Shown here one piece after another: positions 34,191 through 47,515 of a stretch of DNA of 64,000 bases. Where the stretch lies: NCBI GenBank assembly GCA_026770705.1, contig JANJGN010000167.1, positions 868,001 to 932,000 of the forward strand. The letters are read 5' to 3'. This stretch comes from Isurus oxyrinchus (lineage: Eukaryota). The notes beneath the pieces are model-generated. The model searched no databases and was not told where the DNA came from. It was given only the letters and a program-made list of their open reading frames with translations. A program made the position numbers and the translations under genes. Numbering within the stretch: position 1 is the stretch's first letter; each line of letters starts with the position of its first letter.

Positions 34191-35899
34191 CAGATGCATT
34201 CCTTTAAAAACTTGAGAGATTCAAAAATGTATCTGACTATGGTAGCTTGTGTTGTAAAAATGGCTTTATGTCCCCTCTTACGCCACCTTTTATTTTGCTC
34301 TTAGGACTTGCCCTCGAGAATTATCACTCGCCCATTATAGCTTCAGCTCGTATCAGACGTCATGCCAGAAAATGGGTAGTATTATTGGGAATCAGAAAAC
34401 GTCACAGACAGTGGCAATGTGCCCATCATTATACCTGTCCGGAAGATCTGAGGTATTAGCTCCGCCTCCATAAGTTTCTCAGCCTCAGAATTCACTGGGA
34501 AAAGGGATTGGTTATTCTATTAGTTCAATATTCGTTACATCGTCTCATTTGTGGCCATTCATTACTGATCCTTCAAATCGTGGAAGGAATGTGCTTCTTC
34601 CCTCCCTTCTTATGTTAAATCACCTGTATGCAACTCACCAAACTATATCAATCATATACAAATTGAAAATCCAGTGAAGGCCAAGAAACTGCAGTTAAAC
34701 CAGCTAATTAATAACTTTCAGCAAGAGATGGTTGTGTCCTTGCACCATCTGACCAGAGAAAAATGTATTTTACATTTCGCAGCTGATCAAATTACAGGGA
34801 CTGTGCTGGAGAGATTCCAGTTAAAGACCTGCAAGCTCACATCTCCGGAATACATAACCGGAAATTACAAGAGTGCTTTCCAACAGATGGTGTAGACTGG
34901 AAGACCTTCCCAATTAGAATTAATAAGACTGTCATGAAGTTTGTCCATATTGAATCGTGTTGATTTCTCCATCTTTAGCCACTACCTGCTGAGCAGCGAA
35001 GAATATGACAATTTGAAACAACACGGGGCTAGCGGGCCAATACTGACCTTGCAGTCAGGGTCAGTTTCAGGGTGAAGTGAAACTAATCGTAGTTCAAGAT
35101 GTGCTATTGCACTCTGATTCATAAAATTCAGGAAAATTACTAGTAGCAATGAAACAGGAATACAGCAAGATATATACATCAAGAATTGGTAGAATTTCAA
35201 TTATAGTGATCAATATTGAAACAATCTATTAGACAACAAGTTAAGGGTATAATATTTTTGACCGATGGGGAAACCAGCTGGTTCAATAAGGGAAACTACC
35301 AACATTGTATAGGAAAAATAAATTAAGTTCGCATTATATGGTATTGAATTGTAACGATTGCAGAAGTATATAATGCAGAATTAAATGGATTACAATGCAC
35401 AGCGATCGATAGCACTGTGTAAAATTGTGGTCGCATTATTTCAGATGTTGGAAAATGCAAGATTTATATCCGTCCACGCCTCTCCCCCACCCGCAATCCC
35501 GCCTCCGCCGCAATAAAAAATCATTGCCTGCCTCTGCAATTTCTTCCGTTTAAATATATTTTAAACATAATTGCACGGATTGGGTTCTCAATAAGAGAAG
35601 CAATGATTTCATTGCTCAAGAACATGATTAAAACATTTACGCTTCAATAGCGATATAACTTATGCTGTTTTTGAATGGCCTGTCATTAGCTGCTTACTTT
35701 AAGCATCACTCTGCCATGCTCTCCCTCATGTTGAGATTCTCCAAAAGTCAAACTTCACAATGGAACCCAGTGCGACAACACTGAATAGGTGCTTGTCAAA
35801 GTCACAGAAGACATCATATGCTGGATATGAGCATAAAGTCAGCGTCTGACCATATATCGTCTCGATAGCATAGATTACATTATATCACGCAGCTCCGCC

Positions 35900-36470
35900 C
35901 TTCTGCTGCTATCCTCACCCGCCATGCTTATGTCTGCTCCAGGCCTTGATTATAAATTATTACCCTTCCGGCCTTCCACCATCCATTGTCCAGAGATGCT
36001 ATATCAGGGAAAGTCCTAATTCCCAGAATGTAACTGGCACTGCGTCACATTCACAAAACACTAGTGATCGATGGAACCTTACTTTCGGTCTAACAGCGTT
36101 TCACTTTTAGACTTTTCATTCCCGTATTCAAATCCATCCAAGGCCTTGTCCCTGCCAACACCTGTGATCTCCTTCTCTGCAAGCTTCTGAAAATTCTTTA
36201 TGCCTCATATTCTGGCGCCCTTGTCACCCTATAATTCCTTCCCTCCACAACTATTGGACGTGCTTTCAAATCTCTAGGATCTACAATCTGGAGTCCTCTC
36301 CCAAACACTCAATCTCCTCCTTCATAGTCGTCCTTAAAACTAATATCTTTTCACGTCGTCCTACTGCTTTAATTACCTGGCTCAGTATCCTTATTTGTCT
36401 AAATACACTCGTGTTAAGCACCACGACGATGTTTTATTAAGTTAACAGTCTGATATCAATGAACGTTGTT
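35900..36470 (+). mobile_element. L2-type LINE 3' fragment
   Basis: Degraded ORF2 end (TTCAAATCCATCCAAGGCCTTGTCCCT, FKS.HGL.P-like) and an L2-type tail (TAAGCACC..GATGTTTT..TAAGTTAA...TATCAATG.ACGTTGTT). Confidence 0.55.
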
Positions 36471-37699
36471 ATTTGCTAAAATGAGCATCCATTCTTGTCA
36501 GACCGTCGCCAACACATGCCTGAATAATTATGTCCATTTAAAGTGGGTGGAGTATTAATCATTAAATAATATTGCGCATTGATTCCATTCGTGACACTAG
36601 AACTCCGATCATCAGATTTTACGATTTCAGTGCAGGAAATGAATCCAATCCGGATTCACAGTGCATTTGCTGGTAATTAACACTGCGACCGAGAATGTTA
36701 CAGCACAGTGACTGTTCTCAACTACTCGGCCCTTAAATATTCCTGCAAGGCTCAACGTGTCAGACAAGTTTCAGCTTATGCTGGAGAGATAACCAAAATT
36801 GGCGACTTCGAAAGGCTTTGTGACAACGATAGGAAATAAAAAACGTCGAAGCTGTCGTCACTCCCGGAGCGTGTCAAATCCTATTGGGATATACTGAAGA
36901 GGTCGCGACATATTAGCACTATGGTCCACATTCGCTTCATAGATGACTTTGATCCAATCGTGCTTCTTTATAAGAGCACGTGATTATTTTCTTCTGTTCA
37001 GTTTAATAGCCTGGCGCTTTCAACAACTGAGCCACGGTGACAATATGCAAGCAAGCATTGTAGTCCAATATTATGAATTGTATACCAGTATGTTGCTGCA
37101 ATGTAATCAGAAAAAAGTTAGGGGAGGTTGTATTACCTCATTTTAATATTCTATAATCCAGATAACATGAAGAGAATGCTGGAAATACTCAGCACTTCAG
37201 GCAACATCTGCGAAGAGAGAAGGAGATGTAACCTTTCAGATCGGTGGGCAATCGTTTAAACAGCACTGTTGCAAAGTAATTCAGACACCGAAACGGCAAA
37301 AGTGCTCATAATACCTCTTCCCTCACCTCTATGCAATCCAGGCAGGTTGACCGTCATTCAGATCGACATGTCGGGATCAGTGAAACATACAGATGATGCT
37401 TCTTATTTGCTTCTTGCTTGGAGACTTTTTCTGGCACCTGGTTTTCGTTCCATGTCTTCACGCTCTACACTTCCCTCCTGACAGGGGAAACAACCCACTG
37501 CCAAATATATAGAGGTGCCACTTCAATCCCTCAGAAAACCTGATGAACAACTTCAGTCAAACCGGGCGGCACCACCTAATGATTTATCAGTGAACTGACA
37601 AAAAATAAGCATTTTCAATATTTTATCTGTTGCGCATTCAACTTCGGTGAAAAAAAGGACACACAAGATTTCTCAATTTCACTGTCATCTTTATGAAAC

Positions 37700-40600
37700 G
37701 GTCAAGCCCCGGTGCCTATATCACTCTCGTCAACGGCCAAATTATATTGTTTGATGTAATGGGGTGCTGCAGAAACTGGCTTCGTAGTTAATACACTTTT
37801 CAAACTATCAAATGCCTTCTGACACTCCAGTGTCCATTGAGATTCCTTATTCCTTTTTAACAATCCAGACAGTGGTACAAGCACACTGTTAAAATTTGGT
37901 GCAAAATTCCTGTAAAACCCACTCATGCACTGAAATTTTACAAATTTCCCTTTTCTGGTAGCCACTGGGAAATGGACGTTAGCCTTGACTCTCACAGCTC
38001 TTGGAGCTACCTTACCATGTCCAATGGTACGGCCAAGGTAGGTAACATGCATTTTTGCAAATTCACTTTTAGGCAACTTCCTCACTAAATTTGCTTCTCG
38101 TAATCGAGTAAATAATTCTTCCAGATGCAGCAAATGCTCCTGCCAAGTCTCACTGAAAATGATTAAATCATCAATCAAAACAGCACAATTGCATAGACTT
38201 GCAATCACTTTGTTTTTCAGCCGTTGAAGTATGACAGGTGCATTTTTCTTACAAATGGCATGACTTTAAACTGATATTGTCCATTTGGTGTCCATTGCTC
38301 TCTCTGATAATGGTACTTGTCAATACCCTTTTAGTAAGTCAAACCTGGAAATAATTTTTGATTGTCCCACTTTCCCAAATCCATCCTGCATTCATTCCAT
38401 TAGCCACGAATCCACTTTTGTCTCCGCATTCGTCTTTCATAGTCCACACACAGCCTTTGTTTCCCATGTAGTTTTGGTACCAGAAAAATAAGTGAAGTCC
38501 AGTTGCTGCAACTAGACTTAATGATATACATTTGAAACACCACATCGCTTTATTTTTGTGCTGATGGTAACTTCGCTGGACTTAATCTGGGGGGCTGTTG
38601 CCTTATCGATTATGAAACCTCCACAGAGAAGTCATGTATGGTTAAATCTGTCCTCCCCAATGCATTCACACAAATAGGTTTGTTCGCCTGCAATAGCCCA
38701 TCCAAGTGACTTTGACACTTATCTAGAGGGTAACTCAGCAATGTCAAGTACGCCCTCGTTATCCAATTTGATTAGCAGAGAATCAATCTCAGAGTCATGC
38801 ACTTATACCTGTTTATCATCATCCGCCATCACTCATGCCTCATTATGTTCCTCTTCCATGGCAAAGAACTTTTAAAGCATATTTGCATGACGCAGCATTT
38901 TCTTCTTTATTCTATCTGGAGTATTGTTAAATCATTTATTTCATCAATCTCTTCTCAGTCCTGTCAGGCCCACTAAACCGTTCATTTAAGGAATCACTAA
39001 GTTCTCGTAACAGAACTAGCACTTTCTGTCCAACAATATAATTCTGAGCTGTAGCCTTATGGTCAGCTTTCACTTTCCTCATTTTCTGTGATCTCTTTAT
39101 ATGCTCCCGAGCCAACTCACATGTTCTAGCTAAACTCTCTCTGATGCTCGTTGTGTAATTCAGGGGAGTAGTTTCTGGTCTTTGGCCCACCAATTTCTCA
39201 GAAATAATTGTCAGTAGTCCCCTTAGTTCATGACCATGAACTAGTTCGACAGGTCTAAAACGAGTCAATGCATTAGGAACATCCCTAACAGCAAAAGACA
39301 AGAACAAAATTCCCCTACCTTATCCTTTGGATAATTCTGAAAGTACACTCTCATCGTAGTTAGTAAAGTTCAATTCCATCCTTCATTGTGACACCTACTG
39401 ATAAGCTGTTGACCTAAACTGCTTTATTCCCAAATGCTCACTATTTCCATAAACAGCAGTGACAGTACACTTGAACACATCTGATTGTATTTTCTTAGGA
39501 AAACCATATCTCGTTAAAAAAAAGGTTAAACCTTCCACAGTCTTCCACAATCTACTTTGTTGTAATATTTTTTAATACATCGCTTCAGAAAATCTTGTAG
39601 TCACATCTATTAATCTCAGTAAGTCCTGATTCCCAATTATAGTCTTACATAAGGGCCCCACACAATCAACCATGACCCGCATAACAGGTCCTTCAAATGC
39701 TGGTATGGGGACTCAAGGTTCCGACTTAATCACAGCCTGTAGTTTCCCTATCACCTGACATTGTGACCAGTTCCACAGAATTTTACTACATCCCAGTGCT
39801 ATCATGGCCAACAAAAATATTTCCTTTCTGAAAACCAAGAATCACTACCCTACAACATTGATGATTAACTTGCCCCTATGCCTCTTAAAACTTTAACATC
39901 TTTACATACTCCACCCCGTACACATGGAAAGACTTTCCTTTCACACACAAAGTCTTTAATTATTTCTACAACCTGCTCATCAGAATTAGCTTGGGTAAAT
40001 TGTGATCACATTCCCACTCCTTTACATGTCACTGATTGTCCTTGATTTATTTGTGCACACACGCCTGTTTTTTTTTTTGTACCTGTGTCTGAACCTCAAA
40101 ACCTACAGTACTGTTACTTCCAGAACATTTCTGCCCCTCAATAATTTCATTCGATTTAGTCTACAATTGTCAACATGCTGACTTCCTGTGTTCCACTTAA
40201 TTACAATGAAAACACTTCAACTTTCGAATGTCACTTCTACCCTCAGCAACTTCGCTTTTATTTGGAGAAATAAACTTCCTGGGAATTTACACCTAGACCT
40301 TCTCTTCCCCGAGTGCCCAGCTTCCTTTCACCTTCCCACTTTCTCTCCCTTTCGTAGAAAAAAGTTGAAAATAATTGTTTTTACCTCTATGCACGGACAC
40401 ATAATCATCTGCTGCTTCTCTTACAAAAATAACCCTCTGTTCCTCCACATGAGTTCGCATTGTGTAAAAAATTGAATCTTGAAATTCTTCCAAAAGAATT
40501 ACTTCTCTCAGAGCTGCAAAGGTTGTCTCTATTTTTTATGCCTATATCCACCGGTCAAAGTTACTTTGTTTTAATCTCTCAAGCTCAATGTAAATTGCCC

Positions 40601-41760
40601 AGACTATTTTCTCATAGCCCTAAAGTTCTGCCTAAATGCTTCAGGAACCAACTCACATGCGCTCAAAATAGCCTTTATGTTCCACACCATAATACACAGT
40701 CTATTCTTCTGCTAGCCAAGATTATAGCTCATGTACTCTAAGCAAACCTGGATTGCAACAACAGTTTCCTGTGGCTATTCCATCTGGTTTGCTAAATGTT
40801 CAAATGAAAGAAAAAATGTCTCAACATCATTTTCCGCAAACTTTGGAAGAGCTTGTACAAATTTAAACATTTCTCCCACTGGGTTCTACTCTGTAGATGA
40901 GTTCTTCTTCACCTCCCGGCGTCCCTTTTGTTTTATCTCCTAACATTGTCAGTTGTTATTTTATCACTCTCTCTCTCTCTCTCTCTCTCTCTCGCTTCCC
41001 ACTCTCTCTCTCTTTCCTACTTCTTTATGTTCAGAATTTCTAACTCTCTGCATTCGTTCTCTCCCATGCCTTTATGCCTCTTCCCTGGGAATTATCTTTC
41101 TATTTCCTTTCCTTCCATTTCACTCGTTTCATTTGCACCTGTAGTTGACCCCATCCCAATTACCCACCACTTGGAGAACTCTGTGGCTCAGGCATTCCTT
41201 CCAATTTCAAATGTCGCGCTATTATTTCAATTTCACCTGCTTTCTGTGCTGCTACAGGTAACCCAAATTGTAATATAACAGCTAAATCTCTTAACTTATT
41301 CTTGGATACTGTCTTAAATCCAACCAGACTTATATCCTCTACTTCCAAAAAAGATTTAGCTACGGATACAGCCATTTTTGCAATCTCACCAATTCGAATT
41401 TACTTCACGCACTCTCCTGAATTCTGAGTGATTATTGTACTCGTTGACGTTAGATTCATCAATTCCAAAACAGCAGTATAACAAATGTATACTGCAAGGA
41501 GCTCCCAATCATTATGACACTGCCGATGGTAAAGGCTGAGTTATTCAAGTCACTGAGGGAAACTTGAAACAACTGTCAAAACCCATTTTTGCAATTTGCA
41601 TGTTTTAGGATGCAGGATTTGAATTCATTCGTAATAAAGCAACTGATTCTCTAGAGGATTTTTAAAACTAATTTAAACCTTTATTAATGCAGAACGATTG
41701 TAAGTCAACATATGTATGTCTACATAACTACTTCTATTAAATAAGTCCCCATAGAGCTCT
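37700..41760 (-). mobile_element. Decayed Gypsy LTR retrotransposon of Gmr1-like type (gag, integrase, RT order)
   Basis: Minus strand: LTR remnant ~41515-41760; PBS-like TTGGGAGCTCC ~41498-41508; gag N-terminus MAVSVAKSFL... 41375-41160; integrase PIPAFEGPVMRVMVDCVGP ~39710-39600 and LSFAVRDVPNALTRFRPVELVHG 39307-38936; RT SRFDLLKGY*QVPL ~38350-38300 and LIDDLIIFSETWQEHL..GFYRNF..NF..V..PL 38208-37702. Many stops and frameshifts. Confidence 0.85.
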
Positions 41761-41789
41761 ATTTTAAAGTATAAATTCCACTAACATTC

Positions 41790-43095
41790 TAGGCATCATC
41801 CTTCTTCAGGAAAAGGCACAGCAAGCAATTGGGAAAGCAATCGGCACATTGGCCTTTATTGCAAGTGGATATTGCAAGCGCAATAAAAAGAAACAACCAC
41901 ACTTTTCCAGGTGCACGGGGTTTCTGTGAGACCGCATTTGGGATATTGTGTGCAGTTTGGGTCATCATATTTTAGGAAAGACATTGGAGACAGTATAGCG
42001 TAAATTAACTAGATTGCTCATATTGTGGGAGGCTTAATGATATTCTCTAATATTCTGTGGGTTTTGGAAGGATGAGAGGCGATCTGACTGAATTACGTAA
42101 GAAGGGGTTTGACATAATAGATGCAGTTAGTTTTCCCTTTTGGGAAATCTCTATATGGTCACAATCTCAGGATAATGTCCAATCATTTGAAAAATAGTGG
42201 TAACATTTCTTCACTCAAAATTTATGAATTTTGAAATGTTTTGTTCCAGAAGCCTATAGATGATCCAACATTGAAAACATTGAAGTCTGAGATAGACCGA
42301 ATTTGGTCTGTCATGAAATCTAGCAAAATGGGGAGCGTTTGGGAAAGTGGAGTTGAAGCCCATGATCAGCCATTCTCCTGTTGGCTTTCAGAGCAATCTC
42401 AGTGGGCTGTTTGGTTTTCTTCAGCAACAAGATGGTGTTATGTGGAGAGGTGAGAGTTTATTCACTTTGTTAATAAGTGTATAAAATCCATTTTCTTAAA
42501 GTGTTGAAATAATAAATGTTGATGTTCAGGGAGACTTGGGTGCACTTGTTGAATGAACACACGAAGTTAGCAGGCAGGAATAGGAAGCAATTAGGAAAAC
42601 AACATGCATGTTGACCATCATTGCCAGGTGTGCACAGCAATAAAGAACTTTCTCTATAATTGCACAGAATTTGGCTGAGACCACATCTGTAATAATGTGC
42701 GCAGTTTTCGAGACCACGTTTCTGGAAGGATATGTTTGCAGTGCAGACGCTAGAAGGAATGGTCACTAAATTAGTCCCTGGCAGGAAGGCTTGTCCTATT
42801 ATGAGAGCTTGAGTTAACTGGGCCTATATTTTCTGGAGTTTGGAAGAACGAGAGGTAATTTGAGCGAGACATACACAATTCTGAAGGGGCTTGACTGACA
42901 AGGGAGAGGCTGAGAGATATTTTCTGCTAACAGGGGAATCCAAAATTTGGGGATGGGGTTCGGGTTGGGGTGGGTGGGGACTGCCGGCTGGGGTGGGGAT
43001 TGGGGTTTCGTTGTGGCCACAGTGTCTGGATAAGAGTACGAAAATTAGGACTGAGGTGAAGAGAAATTCCTTCACTGGAAGAGAAGCTATTCCTT
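41790..43095 (+). mobile_element. Two adjacent CR1-type LINE 3' fragments (~41790-42450 and ~42480-43095)
   Basis: GTGAGACCGCATTTGGGATATTGTGTGCAGTTTGG and GAGACTTGGGTGCACTTG...GAGACCACATCTG..TGTGCGCAGTTTT, both CR1 ORF2 C-terminal motifs. Confidence 0.75.
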
Positions 43096-45494
43096 AGCAT
43101 TCTGAACCCCGGAGGGATAATGCAGAGTTTTGTTTTATGCATCACGATAGTACTGCAAACATCATTGGGTCTTCTTCCTGTTGATGGAGCTGTACGGCCA
43201 ATTGAAAACACGTACTTAAGAGAGCGTCCAAACGCCGACATGGATTATAGAAAAAAAGCAGCGCTAACGGTGCAAGGCAGTTGCATTCCTACCAATTGGA
43301 ACGGTTATTTTAAAAATGCATGCTTAGTCCAATTACCTCCATCTGTGTTGAATGAATCGATGGATAACTCACAACCTGCTACGTTAATCCACCTCGTGGT
43401 GCATCCTATCATCTGCAGAATTATACTCAACCGCAAGTTTCGACTGTTATTGAGACAATTGCAGTGTACGTTAACTGTGCATTAAACTATGAGTTTACTT
43501 TGAAATGCGTTGGTGGTGAAATGTTGGAACAAAAAACGGACTTGCAACGCTGAGTTGCCATAATTGAGGGCGAACATTTTTACGGCACACATTTCCCATT
43601 AGCGAAATTTTACCTGTGTTGTAAATTTTGAATTTGAGTTGTTTTTGCTCGAATTTCGCTGTGGCCCTGTTTATGACTGCAGCTGCCGGAAGCCATTTCA
43701 TTTCCGATTGCTCTCTCAGCAAAGCCTATTCACAAGCGTATTTCTTAATAGTCAGTCAGCTGCTGGCTAGGCCAAAATACATTTGTTGCTTCGTGATGAA
43801 TTTTTTTAAAAGCTGCACAACGAACTCTTAATGTGCTGTTAAATACTTTGAAACATGCCAGGAACGAAACAGAATATCCAACCGGGCAAAGTCGTCCTCA
43901 TTGCACGTGTAGTTGAGACATAAACTAAGTCGCTGAGTAGCCAATGCTTCCCGGTGCAACTTGCTGTTGTTCCAAATCTCTCAAACAATCTTGTTAAGAA
44001 GACATCCAGCGGAGGGAAAATAACAATGAGCTCTTCCCACCATGAAGCATCTTCGCTGTATGTTTGTTACTGAGATTATTACAGAAATGACAACGGCAGT
44101 TGGCCTGATATTTGTTCTCTTATTTACTGGTTTTCTAACTTACTCAAAATGCCTAAAGTTGTTCATTGCGATCTAGGCGGAAACATATTTCAGTTATTTG
44201 CACTTACAACTCTCCCGAATTAACAAACAAATTTAAGGCAAGCCAGACCCACCAGGCGTGTCAGCACACTGGCATACCGTCGGATTAAACAAGGTAACTT
44301 GTTCTTTGGCCCGCGCAGGCACGATTGTCCGTTTCTGTGCTGCAAACTGTATGTGATATTCATGAGTGCAGTATGAAGAACTCATCGGGAAATGTCAATC
44401 TGATTTGGCCTCGAGGCCGATCATTCAATGGGTGAGATGTGGTGTAAGAGGATATCTGTATCGGCTATAACCAGCTAGCGACTCGATGACCAACTGATTG
44501 CGTGGGAGTGGATTGGAAATGAGGCGGAATGAGGGGATCAGGGTCAGCGGCTGCATATCCTGAGCAAGTTAATGTCATTAGTGTCAGTATTAACCCCATA
44601 ACCATGAACAACACAGGAAACCCAGAGGCCTTATTCCAGCAAACGATTGCTGAAGGAATCATGTCGAGTGAGAAATTTAGATGGGTTGAATGGAATACTG
44701 TACGCAGATGGGCTATATGAGTTGAAGGAAACACTATGAACGTTTGAAGCGAATATCTGGTTGACTGGACTTTAGCTTTTAGTTATAAGTGCTGAACCCA
44801 TTTTGACATTTTCATCGCAATTGCGACATATGCGTTCTGCAGACTCTGGCCAAAATTGTTGTGTTGAACATTTACTGCTGTCTTCCTCAGGCTCGACCTT
44901 TTAAATCTAACATCAAGTTAAATGAACTATTATGAATTAAAACAAGCAGGAACCATTTCGGCATTGCTCTTGTCAAGGTTTTTGCATTAACCTGGTGTTA
45001 AGGGTGTGCCTCATATTGGCAAGGCCACTTTTCTTAAACATCACTCGTTGCCGGCCAGCACTTGTTTCTTCTTGAGCTTTTGCAGACGTTAAAGTTGTGG
45101 CTAGTCGTGTTGGAAATTATTTCCAAGGGGTTTGGATGGAAAGGATGACGGAAAAAAACATATATGCCAATGTCTGGATGGCGTGTGGCTTGAGGCGCAA
45201 TGTTCAAATTAATTTGCAAAGCCAAAATCCCCTCGAATAACTATTACTAGATCTGCTTTCAGAGTATTTGTATCGGAGCAGTAGCAGAGGTGTGTATGCA
45301 CCTTTAATAATACGTGGATAAAATTGGCTATATTTCCACTAGCAGTTCTGTTCTTTTTTCTGAGGAAATGTCAAAACATTCGTATCATCATTATATCTGG
45401 TCTACATTTTTTCTTTATTGTTTGTTAAATAACCCTAACTAATATTGTTTATGATGTAACCAGCCCAGTAGGCTCGCCGGAGAATTCTCTCTAA

Positions 45495-45501
45495 TATAAA
45501 T
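45495..45501 (+). promoter_or_regulatory. TATA box, GPCR gene 2
   Basis: TATAAATGG starts 75 nt upstream of ATG 45570. Confidence 0.7.
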
Positions 45502-45569
45502 GGTGGCCTCTTCGAACGCGCAATGATATTTAAGCCATTGGCGTCACAAGTATACTTACCTCCTCGACA

Positions 45570-45639
45570 ATGGGATATCCATCAGTCTTGCAAATAGAAA
45601 GCATATTCTACCCTGTTCTTACAGCTATGGGCGTTACAG
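45570..45639 (+). pseudogene. GPR139/GPR142-like GPCR gene 2, exon 1 (MGYPSVLQIESIFYPVLTAMGVT)
   Basis: 70 nt, the same length and phase as gene 1 exon 1. CAG|GTAAGT donor. Confidence 0.85.
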
Positions 45640-47069
45640 GTAAGTCTTTCGATCCTGAATTAATGTTGTAAGCAATGTGGATTTGTTACTTTTCTTGCTA
45701 CCTGCCTTGTACAGGAACATAAACAGATTGCTCCGTGTGTTATGAAGTCACAAATTGATTATTACTAGCTCAACCAAGTGTAGTTTTCCTGTTTGCTGTG
45801 GGAGGGTTGCTTGGTACACTCTTGGCTTTCTTCAGTGCTGGATGCAGTTAATGTTGCTGGAATATTCCCCTGTATTTGACTTTTGTAAAGTCTAATTTCC
45901 AGTACAAATACTACAATCAGAATTTTAATGTAGATTCATGGTTAAGTGCCATTATTAATTCTCATATTCTTGTAAGTGGTTTATTAAATCTAGGCCAATG
46001 AACTTTCTATGTTTGGATTTTTAGAATTTATGTTTTGAATGCGATAAATAAACATTTAATTTGCTTTGCCGGCAGGTGTGTTGGAGTGACCTTTCATTTG
46101 ATTGATTGATTTCATTGGCCAATGAGAAGGAAAATAACACAATACAACATGGTGTCATTCTACGGTGTAACAATAATTGTAATTAAATTTCAATATTAAC
46201 TTAAATCTGAGAACCAACATGTTAACATTTCTAACTTTACTCATACATCATGAGATGTTTCATTATTTCCGAAGAAATTGTACACTCCATATCTTCTTTA
46301 AGTATGTACTGCCGTTTTAAACTCTGAGCGATAGAAATTCATTTCAGATATTAATGCACAGGTGTTGGTGTTGGATCAACTGACTTTCACACTCAGCATC
46401 CGATGTTTAGGGCCATTACTGTCAATGTAATCAAATACCCAGCATTGCTCGCAATGGGCGACTGACATGATTCACTCATTTTGCGCTATTGTCGACTTTC
46501 CACCGGTCACTGTTTAACGCAGCATTAAATATATATATTTTCCTTGTTGAAATACAGATAAGGCAAGCCAATAGCAAATTAATTAAATAAAGTTAATCAA
46601 CTTTACATATTATGCACTCTTTATACGAGCAATAGGATAGAAAATACGTACAGCACCGTGCAAGATACTGAACATTATCACTCAACATGTGTTTTAATGG
46701 CCACACATTAAGGTAAGATCCGCAATAAGTTGTTTATAACCCAATGCTCGAGAATTGTAGCTAACTTCTGAGATAGAAATCTCCCGCTTATTTCATCCCT
46801 CCATCGTTTAGCTCTCATGTGAAATTAATAGTTCGCCCGAGGACAAAGCCATTCTGAATGGTGGCTGCAACAAGTATTTCTTACTTCAGCGCCTCAGTCG
46901 CATCTGGAGAAATATGCACCTTGAAAGTTTTCTCACCACTTCAATACCAGACCTGACACTACACACCACATCTTAAATCCTATGCTGAGCGCCATAAACA
47001 TGTTGAATTATTATCCGAATTTAATTCATTACAAAAACTCTTTAATGTTGCAAATATTGTGATCGAATA

Positions 47070-47515
47070 TATCTAAATGGGTAGCCTTCTCGCCTTTGTG
47101 TCAGAACGTTATGTGTTCAACCGGACCCCAGGGTTTGGGTACAAAAATAACGGCCGACATTTCAGTGCGGTATTGAGGGAGCGTTACATTGTCTTTCAGA
47201 TGAGTCGGCAAATGGAGTTCCCTGTGTACTCTGAATTGGGTTTTCAGAATGTCATAGCAATACCCACTAAACAGGGCGAATGATCCCACATAACCTCGCC
47301 AATACTGACCCCGCAATACATGCTACAGATAGCAGATTCTCTAAGCTTTTAACACTGGTGTTTGTGAGAGTTTGTTCAGCGCAAATTGACTGTCGCAGCC
47401 CTTCTTAAAATATGACAGTGGCAGTGTTTCAGAAGAATTTAATTAGCTCTGAGGAACTTTGTGCCGTCCTATGTTCGTGAAAGCGATTAAGTAAGTGTGT
47501 CCTGCGCTTTCTTTT
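47070..47515 (+). mobile_element. Diverged near-full-length DeuSINE (SacSINE1/AmnSINE-like) in the gene 2 intron
   Basis: GTGCGGTATTGAGGGAGCG...GTCTTTCAGATGAG, then Deu core GTTTGTGAGAGTTTGTTCAGCGCAAATTGACTG and tail ACAGTG..GTCCTATGTTCGTGAAAG. Confidence 0.6.
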
